Positions 1-9,122 of a DNA stretch of 64,000 nucleotides are shown in pieces. Under the pieces are notes generated by a model. The model was not told the origin of the DNA. It worked only from the letters and a program-made list of their open reading frames with translations, and did no database searches. The stretch's first letter is position 1; each line of letters opens with the position of its first letter. The position numbers were made by a program, and so were the translations under genes. This stretch comes from Oceanispirochaeta sp. (GTDB lineage: Bacteria; Spirochaetota; Spirochaetia; DSM-2461): the NCBI GenBank assembly GCA_963663385.2, contig CAXXXD010000003.1, positions 416,001-480,000 of the forward strand. The letters are read 5' to 3'.

Positions 1-26
1 AATAGTATTACTCTTGTTTTTCTCAT
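1..26 (-). CDS. 5' end of a CDS running off the window (MRKTRVIL...)
   Basis: ATG at 26 on the minus strand, preceded by TGTTATAAT and a 5-nt spacer; only 8 codons visible. Confidence 0.35.
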
Positions 27-69
27 ACAGTATTATAACAAGCTTACCCTGCAGAACTGTTACTTTATC

Positions 70-115
70 AAAAAAGGCGGATACCCGCACCTGTTCCGGT
101 ACAGACATCCGCCTC
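70..115 (-). terminator. Intrinsic terminator after the serA-like gene
   Basis: AGGCGGAT...ATCCGCCT stem followed by a T-run on the minus strand. Confidence 0.65.
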
Positions 116-145
116 AAATGGATTGTCGTTTCAGGATAAATGAAT

Positions 146-1333
146 TTATTTCATAGCAATCTGAATAATATTTTCAGTGCCTCGGATTTTATCCAGAACA
201 GATGTTTCAGGTTTGGCATCCAGTTTCAGGGTGCAGACAGCTGCTTTTCCGCCGGAAAAAATGGCATTTTCCATCTCTTCAATATTGATTCCGGCTGTTC
301 TGAGCTCATCCAGTACGGATGCCAGAACTCCCACTTTATTGAAGTGACGGACAACCAGGTTGATAACGGCTGAACTCTTGTCCTGATGATTAACCTGATG
401 GAGAGGTTTTCCCGTTTCCATATAGGCTTTTACAATATTGACGACTTCTCCGGCAATAGCTTCGGACGCCTGATCCGTAGAGGCTCCGATATGATGGGTT
501 CCGGTTACCGCAGCAGCCAGTTCCGTATCGGCAAAATCCTTGTCTGTGGCACCGGGCTCATTTTCATAAACGTCCAGGGCTACTTTGAGGCCTTTATTCT
601 TAATGGCCTCCTTCAGGGCTGTCGTATCGATAACTTCACCTCTTGAGGTATTAATCAGAATCGCGCCCTCTTTCATGGCATCCAGCATCTCTTTTCCCAC
701 AAAGTGGACTGTTTCCTTTCCTGCGGCCAGGTGAATGGAAAGAGCATCAGCTTTTGAGGCGGCTTCCAAGGGTGTGGCACAGTATTCCACACCCCAGGCT
801 TTGGCTTTTTCCGGAGTCAAGCTGCGGGACCAGGCCGCTACGTTCATACCAAACGCTCTGGCTCTGTCTGCGGTTCCCTGTCCGATGGACCCCATACCGA
901 TGATGGAAAGGGTTCTTCCTTTCAGACCGGCTGCCTTGCCATAGAGTTTTTTGTTCCATACGCCGTTGCGCAGGTCCATTGTTCCGTCCGCAATACGCCG
1001 GTCGGCAGCAATCATCAATCCCATGGCCAGTTCGGCAACGGCATCGGCATTTTTACCGGGGCAGTTTGCCACATGGATCCCGCAGGAGGATGCCTTATCC
1101 AGGTCTATTGTGTTTACTCCGGCCCCTGCTCTGATAATCAGAGAAAGATCGGATCCATTTTCAATCGTTTCAGCGTTTACTTTTGTAGACCGTACTATCA
1201 GTATTTCCGCATCAGCGATGGCACCGGGAAGATCTCCGGCGGTTAGACCGGGTTCCAGAGTGATTTCCGCTCCGAGAGATTTCAGGTCTTTCAGAGCCGT
1301 ATCGGATAATTTGTCAGCTATAAGTATTTTCAT
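146..1333 (-). CDS. serA: D-3-phosphoglycerate dehydrogenase / D-2-hydroxyacid dehydrogenase with C-terminal ACT domain
   Basis: RAGAGVNTID, GMGSIG NAD-binding motif, INTSRG, LDVYENEP, HIGAST; ACT-like C-terminus (HFNKVGVLA). Confidence 0.8.
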   Translation of the reverse strand: MKILIADKLSDTALKDLKSLGAEITLEPGLTAGDLPGAIADAEILIVRSTKVNAETIENGSDLSLIIRAGAGVNTIDLDKASSCGIHVANCPGKNADAVAELAMGLMIAADRRIADGTMDLRNGVWNKKLYGKAAGLKGRTLSIIGMGSIGQGTADRARAFGMNVAAWSRSLTPEKAKAWGVEYCATPLEAASKADALSIHLAAGKETVHFVGKEMLDAMKEGAILINTSRGEVIDTTALKEAIKNKGLKVALDVYENEPGATDKDFADTELAAAVTGTHHIGASTDQASEAIAGEVVNIVKAYMETGKPLHQVNHQDKSSAVINLVVRHFNKVGVLASVLDELRTAGINIEEMENAIFSGGKAAVCTLKLDAKPETSVLDKIRGTENIIQIAMK

Positions 1334-1410
1334 AATTTCAGAATAGCCTTGAATTTTTTTGTTGTAAAGTTTTAATTACTCAATTTTAATGTTAGTAATT
1401 GATTAAAACA

Positions 1411-1438
1411 TCAAAACTGACTAAATAGTCAGTTTTGA
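1411..1438. promoter_or_regulatory. Perfect palindrome with 13-bp arms, putative TetR-type operator
   Basis: TCAAAACTGACTA-AA-TAGTCAGTTTTGA between divergent genes. Confidence 0.6.
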
Positions 1439-1498
1439 GCGCGTATTGTCACTATAAGAAGGGAAGAGTATAGTTTCCAAAAGACCAAGGAGATTCTG

Positions 1499-2167
1499 AT
1501 GAAATCAATCGGACAGTGGCTGGAGGCCCATATTACACTTCATAATCATGACAGCCGGCAGGAGGAGGCGGTCAATAGTATCACCCATGCAGTGGGAGCT
1601 CTCCTTTCTCTTGCGGGACTGGTGTTTATGCTGATCAAAACTGTTCCTTCTGCTGTTTCCCGATCGGTCATGGGCGCAGTAGTTTTCGGCTCTGCCATGA
1701 TCCTGATGTATACTTCCTCCTCTATCTACCATATTATACCGCCATCCAACTGGAAGCGTTTTCTCCGGATTATGGATCATGTGAATATTTATCTTCTGAT
1801 TGCCGGCACCTATACTCCTATCTGTCTGGCCATGAACAGTCCTGCGGGTAATCAGCTCCTCCTGCTGGTCTGGGTTATCGCTTTTCTGGGTGTTATTTTC
1901 AAACTGGTTTTCTGGGGAAGGATAAAACCTCTTCATACAATCATCTATATACTGATGGGCTGGCTTGTCGTTTTCTATTTTGAAGAACTGAAAACGCATA
2001 TTCCTTCAGGATTCCTGCCCTGGATACTTAGCGGCGGGATTGCCTATACTGTAGGAACCATTTTTTACGGGATAAAAAAGATTCCTCACTATCATGCTAT
2101 CTGGCACAGTTTTGTTATTCTGGGAAGCGCCTGTTTCTATTTTGGAGTCTACCTGCATATACTGTAG
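1499..2167 (+). CDS. Hemolysin III / PAQR family membrane protein (TrhA-like)
   Basis: EEAVNSITH, SSSIYH, DHVNIYLLIAGTYTP, HAIWHSFV motifs; AGGAG RBS. Confidence 0.9.
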   Translation: MKSIGQWLEAHITLHNHDSRQEEAVNSITHAVGALLSLAGLVFMLIKTVPSAVSRSVMGAVVFGSAMILMYTSSSIYHIIPPSNWKRFLRIMDHVNIYLLIAGTYTPICLAMNSPAGNQLLLLVWVIAFLGVIFKLVFWGRIKPLHTIIYILMGWLVVFYFEELKTHIPSGFLPWILSGGIAYTVGTIFYGIKKIPHYHAIWHSFVILGSACFYFGVYLHIL

Positions 2168-2176
2168 AAGCCGTAT

Positions 2177-2488
2177 TCAGAAAGCTGTATTCCTGAAAAT
2201 CATCAGGGCATTCATCATTCTGGGAAATCCGGCTGTCGGAGCGATCAGAAGGATGGCGTGTTCTATTTCTTCCCGTGTGCAACCGGCTTTTCGAGCTTTT
2301 TCAATATGGGTCTGCAGGGCAAACTCGTATTGAGAGGCAGCGGAGACCGCAATTTTAATAAGCCAGCGGGATTTTTCATCCAGCGGACCGCCTTTGTCAT
2401 GCAGATTTCTGCCAAACTCCTCATAGGATTTATAGATTTCCCGGTGATTTTCCTTAAAATATTTCAGATTTTCATGACGTTCATTCAT
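2177..2488 (-). CDS. Carboxymuconolactone decarboxylase (CMD/AhpD-like) family protein
   Basis: GPLDEKSRWLIKIAVS...HIEKARKAGCTREEI...TAGFP; start reassigned to MNERHE (GGGAG RBS). Confidence 0.8.
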   Translation of the reverse strand: MNERHENLKYFKENHREIYKSYEEFGRNLHDKGGPLDEKSRWLIKIAVSAASQYEFALQTHIEKARKAGCTREEIEHAILLIAPTAGFPRMMNALMIFRNTAF

Positions 2489-2568
2489 GGCTCGCTCCCT
2501 TGCACTAATAGTGTTATAGTTAAGTCTTGATAATGAACTGAAAGAATGCAAGAGGATATCCGTTAACC

Positions 2569-4059
2569 ATGTTTTCAATCGCAAAGAACTCCAGATTTAC
2601 TGCCATTACAGTTTCTTTACTGCTCCTCTGGGGAGTCTCGTCCCTTTCCGCGGAAAAACGGGTTCGGGATAACTTCCCCGAACTCCTGCCTGGGGTACCC
2701 CGGAGAGGGGCGATCAGAATACAGAGCAATGCCTGGTACGATACCTACCGCATCAGAATCCCCCAGGATGCGGTTGGTGTAACCCTCCGTTTAAACGGAG
2801 CCGGGGCGGATCTGGACCTTTATCTGCGTTTCGGTTCACCCATGCAGGATTACAGTGAAGCCGATGTATACAGCGAGCAGGATCTTTTCAATGAAGTGAT
2901 GCAGATCTACCGTTATGACGAGATTGGTCTTGAAAACGGCTACGCCTATGTGGATGTCGCCTATATGCTGGAAAAACCGCCTGTATCCGATCAGAAAGTG
3001 ATGAAAACCATTCCCTATACTATCAGCTTCGAACTGGTAACAGGAGAGCAGGAAGAGGCGCTGGAGCCTGGGGATCCTGTTTCGGGTGTTTTGCAGCCTG
3101 AGAGTTTTATGCAGAAAATCTATCCTGTAAGGATTCCGGGAGATGCGGATAAACTGAGGGTTGACCTTTATAACAGCAGCGGAGATCTTGATGTAATGGT
3201 TACGGATTCTCCTGTTGCTCCGGCGGATGCACATCCTATCTATTTGGCGGAGACTGTGGCGGGGAATGAGAGCTTTGTCATGGATATTGCATCAGTCTAT
3301 AGGGGCGAAACCCTTTACCTTACCGTATTTGACAGTATTGCCTCCGACAGGGAACAGACCTTTTCCCTTGTCGCCGGATTTGAAGAAGCTGCCCCGGAAT
3401 TCCTGAACGTTCTCCCCGCTCTTCCCGTCCCGCGGAATCCCTTTGAAAATGCCCTGTATTCCACCGTCGAAATTCTCACTCCCGAAAGCGGCGGATCCGG
3501 TGCTGTTCTATCCGACAGGGGTGTCATCCTGACAAACTACCATGTTCTGGCAGCTTCAGACGGGGGCTATTATAACGAGGTGACCGTTGCTGTTGTGCAG
3601 AAGACCTATGCTCCTGCGGTGGAATCCTATACAGCCCGGGTCCTGGCTGTCTCTGAAGATCTTGACTGCGCCATTCTTCAGATTGTCAGGGGCTACTACG
3701 GGCAGGAAATCCCGGACGATTACGTTTTTCCCTATTTCTCCCTGGTCGGGGAAGAGGAGCTGAGTATGGGGGATGAGATCAATATCCTCGGCTTCCCGAC
3801 TATCGGCGGTTCCGGATCCCGGGCGACCATAAATTTATCCAGGGGTATTCTGGCGGGTGGAGAGAATATCAGCCGCATCCATGTCCTGAAAACCGATGCC
3901 ATGATAAGCGGAGGGAATTCCGGTGGTGCTGCCATGGACAGTTCCTGGCGTCTTCTGGGCATCCCCTCCTTTGTAATAGAGGAGGATACGGAAAGCATGG
4001 GGTATATCATTCCTCTCAGCACTGTTCCGGCTGAGTGGTTTGAGCGCTACCTTCCATGA
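2569..4059 (+). CDS. Secreted trypsin-like (S1) serine protease with N-terminal PPC-like domains
   Basis: Signal peptide; two ADLDLY/GDLDV repeats; triad motifs LTNYHV, DCAIL, GGNSGG. Confidence 0.8.
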   Translation: MFSIAKNSRFTAITVSLLLLWGVSSLSAEKRVRDNFPELLPGVPRRGAIRIQSNAWYDTYRIRIPQDAVGVTLRLNGAGADLDLYLRFGSPMQDYSEADVYSEQDLFNEVMQIYRYDEIGLENGYAYVDVAYMLEKPPVSDQKVMKTIPYTISFELVTGEQEEALEPGDPVSGVLQPESFMQKIYPVRIPGDADKLRVDLYNSSGDLDVMVTDSPVAPADAHPIYLAETVAGNESFVMDIASVYRGETLYLTVFDSIASDREQTFSLVAGFEEAAPEFLNVLPALPVPRNPFENALYSTVEILTPESGGSGAVLSDRGVILTNYHVLAASDGGYYNEVTVAVVQKTYAPAVESYTARVLAVSEDLDCAILQIVRGYYGQEIPDDYVFPYFSLVGEEELSMGDEINILGFPTIGGSGSRATINLSRGILAGGENISRIHVLKTDAMISGGNSGGAAMDSSWRLLGIPSFVIEEDTESMGYIIPLSTVPAEWFERYLP

Positions 4060-4118
4060 CATACTATCTTACCTGCGGTTAATTCCGATTTATTGACTTG
4101 CTAATCTATATCCTTCCC

Positions 4119-4247
4119 GGCCCCTCTCGATCTCCCCGAAGGGGAGAGGTGGGAAAGACGCTAAAGCTGACTTCACCCCTCCTTTGGAGGGGCCGGTTGC
4201 ACACCCGAGAAATGGAGCGAAGCGGAATGGCCAGTGGCCGGGGGAGG
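4119..4247. repeat. Pair of GC-rich palindromic REP-like repeats upstream of the DUF559 gene
   Basis: TCTCCCC-GAA-GGGGAGA and CCCCTCC-TTT-GGAGGGG hairpins; a 39-nt segment flanked by GGCCGG direct repeats. Confidence 0.6.
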
Positions 4248-4261
4248 CTCGTGAGGAGGCA

Positions 4262-4642
4262 ATGAGACCGGGGTACATGACAGCAAACGAGTCTATCTAT
4301 AAAAAAATAAAAGAGATGCAGATTCATCAGAAAAATCACCCTACAAAAACAGAGATACTAATGTGGGAATATTTAAGGAATCAAAAAACTGGATATAAAA
4401 TAAGACGCCAGCATATTATAGAATGTTTTATTACAGATTTTGTATGTTTAAAAAAGAAAGTTGTGATTGAAATAGATGGAGGGATTCATATAAAGCAAAA
4501 AGAATACGATAAATATCGAACTGAGATCCTGACTAGCTCAGGATTTGAAGTCATCCGCTTTTCAAATGAAGAGGTACTTAAAGACCCGGCAGCTGTTGCC
4601 TTACAAATAAAGGGTAAACTGGACAGTATTATACCTTTCTAA
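4262..4642 (+). CDS. DUF559 / Vsr-like endonuclease domain protein
   Basis: PTKTEILMWEYLR, RRQHII, DFVC, VIEIDGGIH, DKYRTEIL..GFEVIRFSN; start at MRPGYMTAN after GAGGAGG; visibly AT-richer than its neighbours. Confidence 0.85.
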   Translation: MRPGYMTANESIYKKIKEMQIHQKNHPTKTEILMWEYLRNQKTGYKIRRQHIIECFITDFVCLKKKVVIEIDGGIHIKQKEYDKYRTEILTSSGFEVIRFSNEEVLKDPAAVALQIKGKLDSIIPF

Positions 4643-4736
4643 CTACAGGATCGGGTATATTGAGGAGTTCTTTATAGACTCTCTGTCACGGGGTATTTAC
4701 CCGTTAAGCCGAATAAGGCTATTCTGTCTTTCCGGG

Positions 4737-5108
4737 ATGATACGAAAATTGCCATATAGAATAATTCTGTTTTTCCTTCTCTTTTTCCTCTTTCAGTGGG
4801 GAGGGCAGTATGCTGCCTTTCAGGTGTCTCAAGGAGGTCGGGAGTTGATTTTTCTGCCTCTTTTATACGGCTGTTTTATCCTCAGGGGATTTATCTGGCT
4901 TTTTATTCTGAGGGATATGGAACTCGGTCTGGCTTATTCTCTTTCCAGTCTGGGGTACCTGATCATCCCTCTATTGTCCCTGATTGTTCTGGGGGAACCT
5001 TTTAGAGAAAATTTTGTCCCGGGAGGGTTGTTAATCCTGGCGGGTATAACCCTTTACGGCCGGGCCGAACAGCGCTTATCCGTGAACCATGGGGAGAACA
5101 CTTTATGA
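4737..5108 (+). CDS. SMR/EamA-like small membrane protein (ArnE/ArnF-like flippase subunit)
   Basis: Four hydrophobic segments; WLFILRDMELGLAYSLSSL, LGE, GGLLILAG. Confidence 0.65.
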   Translation: MIRKLPYRIILFFLLFFLFQWGGQYAAFQVSQGGRELIFLPLLYGCFILRGFIWLFILRDMELGLAYSLSSLGYLIIPLLSLIVLGEPFRENFVPGGLLILAGITLYGRAEQRLSVNHGENTL

Positions 5109-5464
5109 GTCCTTTTGTGAAGGCTTTCCTGTTAATGGTTCTGATGGGAGTTATGACTGCGGGAGGGCAGATCTTTCTCAAGCTGGGGATGAAGGGCCGG
5201 GAACGCCCCTCCGGTTTATGGAGGATGCTCCTTTTCTGTTTGAATATCCGGATACTGTCCGGTCTCTTTCTGGCTTTGACCGCTCCCCTTGTATATATAA
5301 GGGCCCTTGTTTTTCTGGGACTGAGCGGTACGTACGGTCTAAACGGTCTAAGCTACTTTTTTGTCTTTGCCTTCTCCAGGCTGTTTCTGAAAGAGAAGGG
5401 GAGCCTGCTGCATCTGGCCGGTCTTATGCTGATTGCCGGAGGGATAGCCCTCTGGTCAATCTGA
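5105..5464 (+). CDS. SMR/EamA-like small membrane protein (second flippase subunit)
   Basis: GQIFLKLGM, FLKEK, GLMLIAGG; ATGA overlap with the previous gene. Confidence 0.65.
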   Translation: MSPFVKAFLLMVLMGVMTAGGQIFLKLGMKGRERPSGLWRMLLFCLNIRILSGLFLALTAPLVYIRALVFLGLSGTYGLNGLSYFFVFAFSRLFLKEKGSLLHLAGLMLIAGGIALWSI

Positions 5465-6186
5465 GTGTCGTTATCCCCGTCTACAACGGGGCTTCCCATC
5501 TGGAGAGTTTTCTGGACAATCTGGTTACCTGTCTAGAGAAGACGGATCATACCTGGGAGGTTTTTCTGGTCGATGATCACAGCGGGGACGGGACCTTTCA
5601 TACCATTCGGAAAATGAATGGAAAGGACAGCCGGATCAGGGGCTGCCGTCTGTCCGAGAACCGGGGTCAGCAGAATGCCATCTACTGCGGGCTGCTGTCC
5701 AGCCGGGGCAGGTACATTGTAACAATGGATGACGACGGGCAGCACCCTCTCTCCCGTCTGACCGATCTGATAGAGACTCTGGAAAAGGGGTGGGATGCTG
5801 TCTATATGGTTAACCGGACAGGGAAGCGAAGCGGAATCCAGCGCTTTGGTACGGGGCTAACGGATCTGTTTTTCAGGCTCTTCTGCGGTAAACCGGCGGG
5901 AGTGGAAATCGGCAGCTACCGAATCATGAAAAGAACCCTTGTGGAACGGTTTGAAAAGACCCCGTCCCGTTTTGTCTATATCTCGGCTCTTATCTTCCGA
6001 AGCATGCCTGAAGCGGCCGTCTGTTCCCTGCGTTATGAGCCGGAAAAATCAGAAGCAATGCGGAGCAGCCGCTTTTCCCTGAAACGCAGAGCCGGCGTAT
6101 TCCTCCGTTTGTTTATCCATTACGGACCATTTCGCAAACTGATTCCCTTCAGGGGAGAACCTTACACCATTGAGGATATGTTATGA
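5452..6186 (+). CDS. Glycosyltransferase family 2, ArnC/polyprenol-phosphate glycosyltransferase-like
   Basis: LSVVIPVYN, VDDHSGD, NRGQQNA, TMDDDGQHP; probable CTG start at 5452 after GGAGG. Confidence 0.8.
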   Translation: MVNLSVVIPVYNGASHLESFLDNLVTCLEKTDHTWEVFLVDDHSGDGTFHTIRKMNGKDSRIRGCRLSENRGQQNAIYCGLLSSRGRYIVTMDDDGQHPLSRLTDLIETLEKGWDAVYMVNRTGKRSGIQRFGTGLTDLFFRLFCGKPAGVEIGSYRIMKRTLVERFEKTPSRFVYISALIFRSMPEAAVCSLRYEPEKSEAMRSSRFSLKRRAGVFLRLFIHYGPFRKLIPFRGEPYTIEDML

Positions 6187-7442
6187 TTTTGCACGTGCTC
6201 GGAGGCGGTCCCGCCCAATTAGGCCTGATCAGAAGGGCGAAGGAACTGGGATTTCAGGTAGCCGTTTCCGACAGGAACCCGGAAGCCCCCGGTTTAAAAG
6301 AGGCTGATCATATATCTCTGGCCAGTTCCTTCGACAGGGAAGCTGTCCTGAAGGATGCCGCGGAAATCGGATCGGATTTTTTAATAACCAGCGGGACGGA
6401 CCAGCCGGTTCTGACGGCGGCAGAGGTTTCCGCCGAACTGAATCTGCCCTATTTTCTCTCTCCCCGTCAGGCTCTGACTGTAACAAATAAAAAGGTTATG
6501 AAGAAGGTTTTTCGTTCCGCAGGAATCCCCACTGTGGATTTTACTTTCCTTAAGGAAGATTTTTCAGACAGCGAACTGGAACATCTGACTTTTCCCCTTG
6601 TTATCAAACCCCTGGACAGCCAGGGGCAGCGGGGAGTTTTGAAGGTGAAGACCTCCGATGATATCAGAAAAAACTTTGCGGAAGTTCTCAGCTACTCCCG
6701 GGAGAGTGAAATCCTGGCGGAAGAGTATTACCCTTCCACGGAACTGACCGTCAGCGGCTGGGTGGAAGGAGGGGCCCCGTACATTTTTTCCATTACAGAC
6801 CGTGTTACCGTTGATAATGGCCCCCACCTGGGAGTCTGTGTTTCTCATCGTTACCCCTCTGTCTGTCACAGCGACTGGGAGGAACTGGAACATCTGACCG
6901 GGAAACTGGCTTCCATGATCGGCCTGCAGTACGGTCCCCTCTATTTCCAGATTCTCTACGGCAGGGACGGCTACAGGGTAAACGAGATAGCCTGCCGCCT
7001 GGGCGGAGCGTATGAGGATGAGTTCCTGCCATGGCTCTGCGGGGTTCCCCTGCTTGATCTGATGATTGAAATGACCGTCCGCAGAGATTATAATGCGGAT
7101 TATCTGAATCGGCTTTCAACCTGCCGGAGAGGTAAATACCTTTCCCTGCAGATGTTTTTCTGCCGCCCCGGAACTATCCGGGAGCAATCGGGCATGGAAG
7201 ACGTTCTGAGTCAGGAGGGCATATTAAACGGACGCTTTCTGCTGAATGAGGGTACAGTGGTCGGATGCAGGGAAAATTCTACCCAGCGGGCGGGTTATTA
7301 TATTGCCTCAGGCCGGAACCCCTGCGAACTGAATACCCTTATCAGCCAGTCCTGCGGGAAACTCCATATAGGGGATCCCCAGGGGCGTAATATGATTCAA
7401 TGGTACGAAAGGATGATGTTTCCCCATGACGAGAGTAATTAA
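6183..7442 (+). CDS. ATP-grasp domain protein (carboxylate-amine ligase-like)
   Basis: LGGGPAQ, NKKVMK, FPLVIKPLDSQGQRGV, EEY, NEIACRLGG. Confidence 0.8.
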   Translation: MILHVLGGGPAQLGLIRRAKELGFQVAVSDRNPEAPGLKEADHISLASSFDREAVLKDAAEIGSDFLITSGTDQPVLTAAEVSAELNLPYFLSPRQALTVTNKKVMKKVFRSAGIPTVDFTFLKEDFSDSELEHLTFPLVIKPLDSQGQRGVLKVKTSDDIRKNFAEVLSYSRESEILAEEYYPSTELTVSGWVEGGAPYIFSITDRVTVDNGPHLGVCVSHRYPSVCHSDWEELEHLTGKLASMIGLQYGPLYFQILYGRDGYRVNEIACRLGGAYEDEFLPWLCGVPLLDLMIEMTVRRDYNADYLNRLSTCRRGKYLSLQMFFCRPGTIREQSGMEDVLSQEGILNGRFLLNEGTVVGCRENSTQRAGYYIASGRNPCELNTLISQSCGKLHIGDPQGRNMIQWYERMMFPHDESN

Positions 7443-8361
7443 AGTAATTCTGCTGCTGTGTATAGTTTTATGTCTGAATGTATCCTGTCATAATAAAAAG
7501 GATGTTTCCTCCATAACCATCGCCGAACAGTACGGACTGGCCTATGCCCCCCTTCAGATAATGAAAGCAAAAAAGTATCTGGAGGAACTGCAGCCTGATG
7601 CAAAGGTTACCTGGGTCAAACTGGCCAATACCGCGGCAATCCGGGAAGCCGTATTAAGCGGAGATGTTGATACGGGATTCCTGGGAATCCCCCCCTTTCT
7701 GATTGCCTGTGATCAGAAAATGCCCTGGAAAATAGCCACCGGTCTCAGCCAGGCCCCGCTGGGGCTTGTTGTCTCCGATGCGGATATTCGCAAGGTGGAA
7801 GATTTTGGCCCCCATACGAAACTGGCGCTGCCGCAGCCGGGCAGCATACAGCATATACTGCTGGGAATGGCCCTTCAGAATATGTTCGGTGATTACAGCA
7901 TGCTGGATAACAGGCTGGTCTCCATGAAACATCCCGACGGGATGAATGCTCTTCTTGGCGGTTCCATAGAGGGACACTTCACTTCTCCCCCCTATATATT
8001 TCAGGAGTCTGACCAGGAGGGCTTTTCGGTTCTTATAAGCGGAGAACAGGCTATGGGAGAACCCTTCACATTTATTGTCGGTATGGCAACGGAGGAGTTC
8101 TTTGAAAAGGAACCGGAGCTTTACAGAGATTATTTGTCCGCCCTGGATAAGGCTGTGGATTTTATCAACACCAACAGGAGTGAAAGCGTCCGGATCCTGG
8201 CGGAAGCCTATGGTATGGAGGAAGATATCCTTGCGGATTACCTGTACCGGCCGGGTATGGTTTTCGAAACGGAAATACGGGGACTGGACAGGTTCCTCGG
8301 TTTTATGAAAGAGCAGAATATTGTAAAAAATCTGGAAAACAGCGGGGATGTGGTTTTTTGA
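7426..8361 (+). CDS. NitT/TauT-family ABC transporter substrate-binding lipoprotein
   Basis: Signal peptide with NVSC lipobox-like site; QYGLAYAP, LALPQPGSIQH, HFTSPP. Confidence 0.8.
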   Translation: MTRVIKVILLLCIVLCLNVSCHNKKDVSSITIAEQYGLAYAPLQIMKAKKYLEELQPDAKVTWVKLANTAAIREAVLSGDVDTGFLGIPPFLIACDQKMPWKIATGLSQAPLGLVVSDADIRKVEDFGPHTKLALPQPGSIQHILLGMALQNMFGDYSMLDNRLVSMKHPDGMNALLGGSIEGHFTSPPYIFQESDQEGFSVLISGEQAMGEPFTFIVGMATEEFFEKEPELYRDYLSALDKAVDFINTNRSESVRILAEAYGMEEDILADYLYRPGMVFETEIRGLDRFLGFMKEQNIVKNLENSGDVVF

Positions 8362-9122
8362 AACGTATCCCCCGCCTGTTATGGCTCCTGCTGTTCCTTA
8401 TCCTCTGGGGAGGGGTCCACTCTCTTCATCTCTTCCATCCTCTTGTGCTGCCTTCCCCCGGCGAGGTGGGGTTGAAGATTCTGACAGATATTAGGAACAA
8501 GGAGATTCCGGCGGGTCTTTTTCACTCTTTCTATATTATTTTCGCAGCGCTCCTGCCGGCTGTTGCAACGGCTTTTATTATGGCTGTCGGCGCCAGGCGC
8601 TTCCCCCGGCTGGATCAGCTCTGGGAAGCCCTCTCCGCTCTGGCTCATCCGCTGCCGGGTATTGCCCTGCTCCCTGTACTGGTATTATGGACCGGTTTGG
8701 GGACCCATATAATTGTCCTTATCGTTTTTCACTCTGTTCTCTGGCCTTTCTATATTAACCTGAGGAGCGGGTTCCGGGAAATCTCTCCCCTCTGGCTTGA
8801 TCTGGGACGGAACAATCAGTTAAACAGCCGGGAGGTCTTTATCCATATACTCCTCCCCGGTGCCTGGCCCTCCCTCCTGGCGGGATTGAAGATCAGCTGG
8901 GCAAGGGCCTGGAGGGCTGTTATCGGAGCGGAAATGATATTCGGGACCATAGGCAGTGCGGGGGGACTGGGGTGGTATATCTTCAACAAACGTATCTTTA
9001 TGGATACCCCCGGCATGTACGGCGGGATTGTCATTCTTATGTTTATCGGTCTGCTTGTGGATGATCTGCTTTTCCGGAAACTGGAACAGAGGATGAACCT
9101 CCGATGGGGTGGTACTCTATGA
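8358..9122 (+). CDS. NitT/TauT-family ABC transporter permease
   Basis: LPSP, HPLPGIALLP, LLPGAWP, AWRAVIGAEM; TTG start overlapping the upstream stop. Confidence 0.85.
   Translation: MKRIPRLLWLLLFLILWGGVHSLHLFHPLVLPSPGEVGLKILTDIRNKEIPAGLFHSFYIIFAALLPAVATAFIMAVGARRFPRLDQLWEALSALAHPLPGIALLPVLVLWTGLGTHIIVLIVFHSVLWPFYINLRSGFREISPLWLDLGRNNQLNSREVFIHILLPGAWPSLLAGLKISWARAWRAVIGAEMIFGTIGSAGGLGWYIFNKRIFMDTPGMYGGIVILMFIGLLVDDLLFRKLEQRMNLRWGGTL

Noticed and set aside
4184..4261. Longer N-terminus of the DUF559 ORF (TTG at 4184)
   Set aside because: Reads through the palindromic repeat; a strong GAGGAGG RBS supports ATG 4262
5089..5451. 121-aa N-terminal extension of the GT2 ORF
   Set aside because: Overlaps the complete SMR-like gene 5105-5464 in another frame; the GT2 fold starts at about 5452
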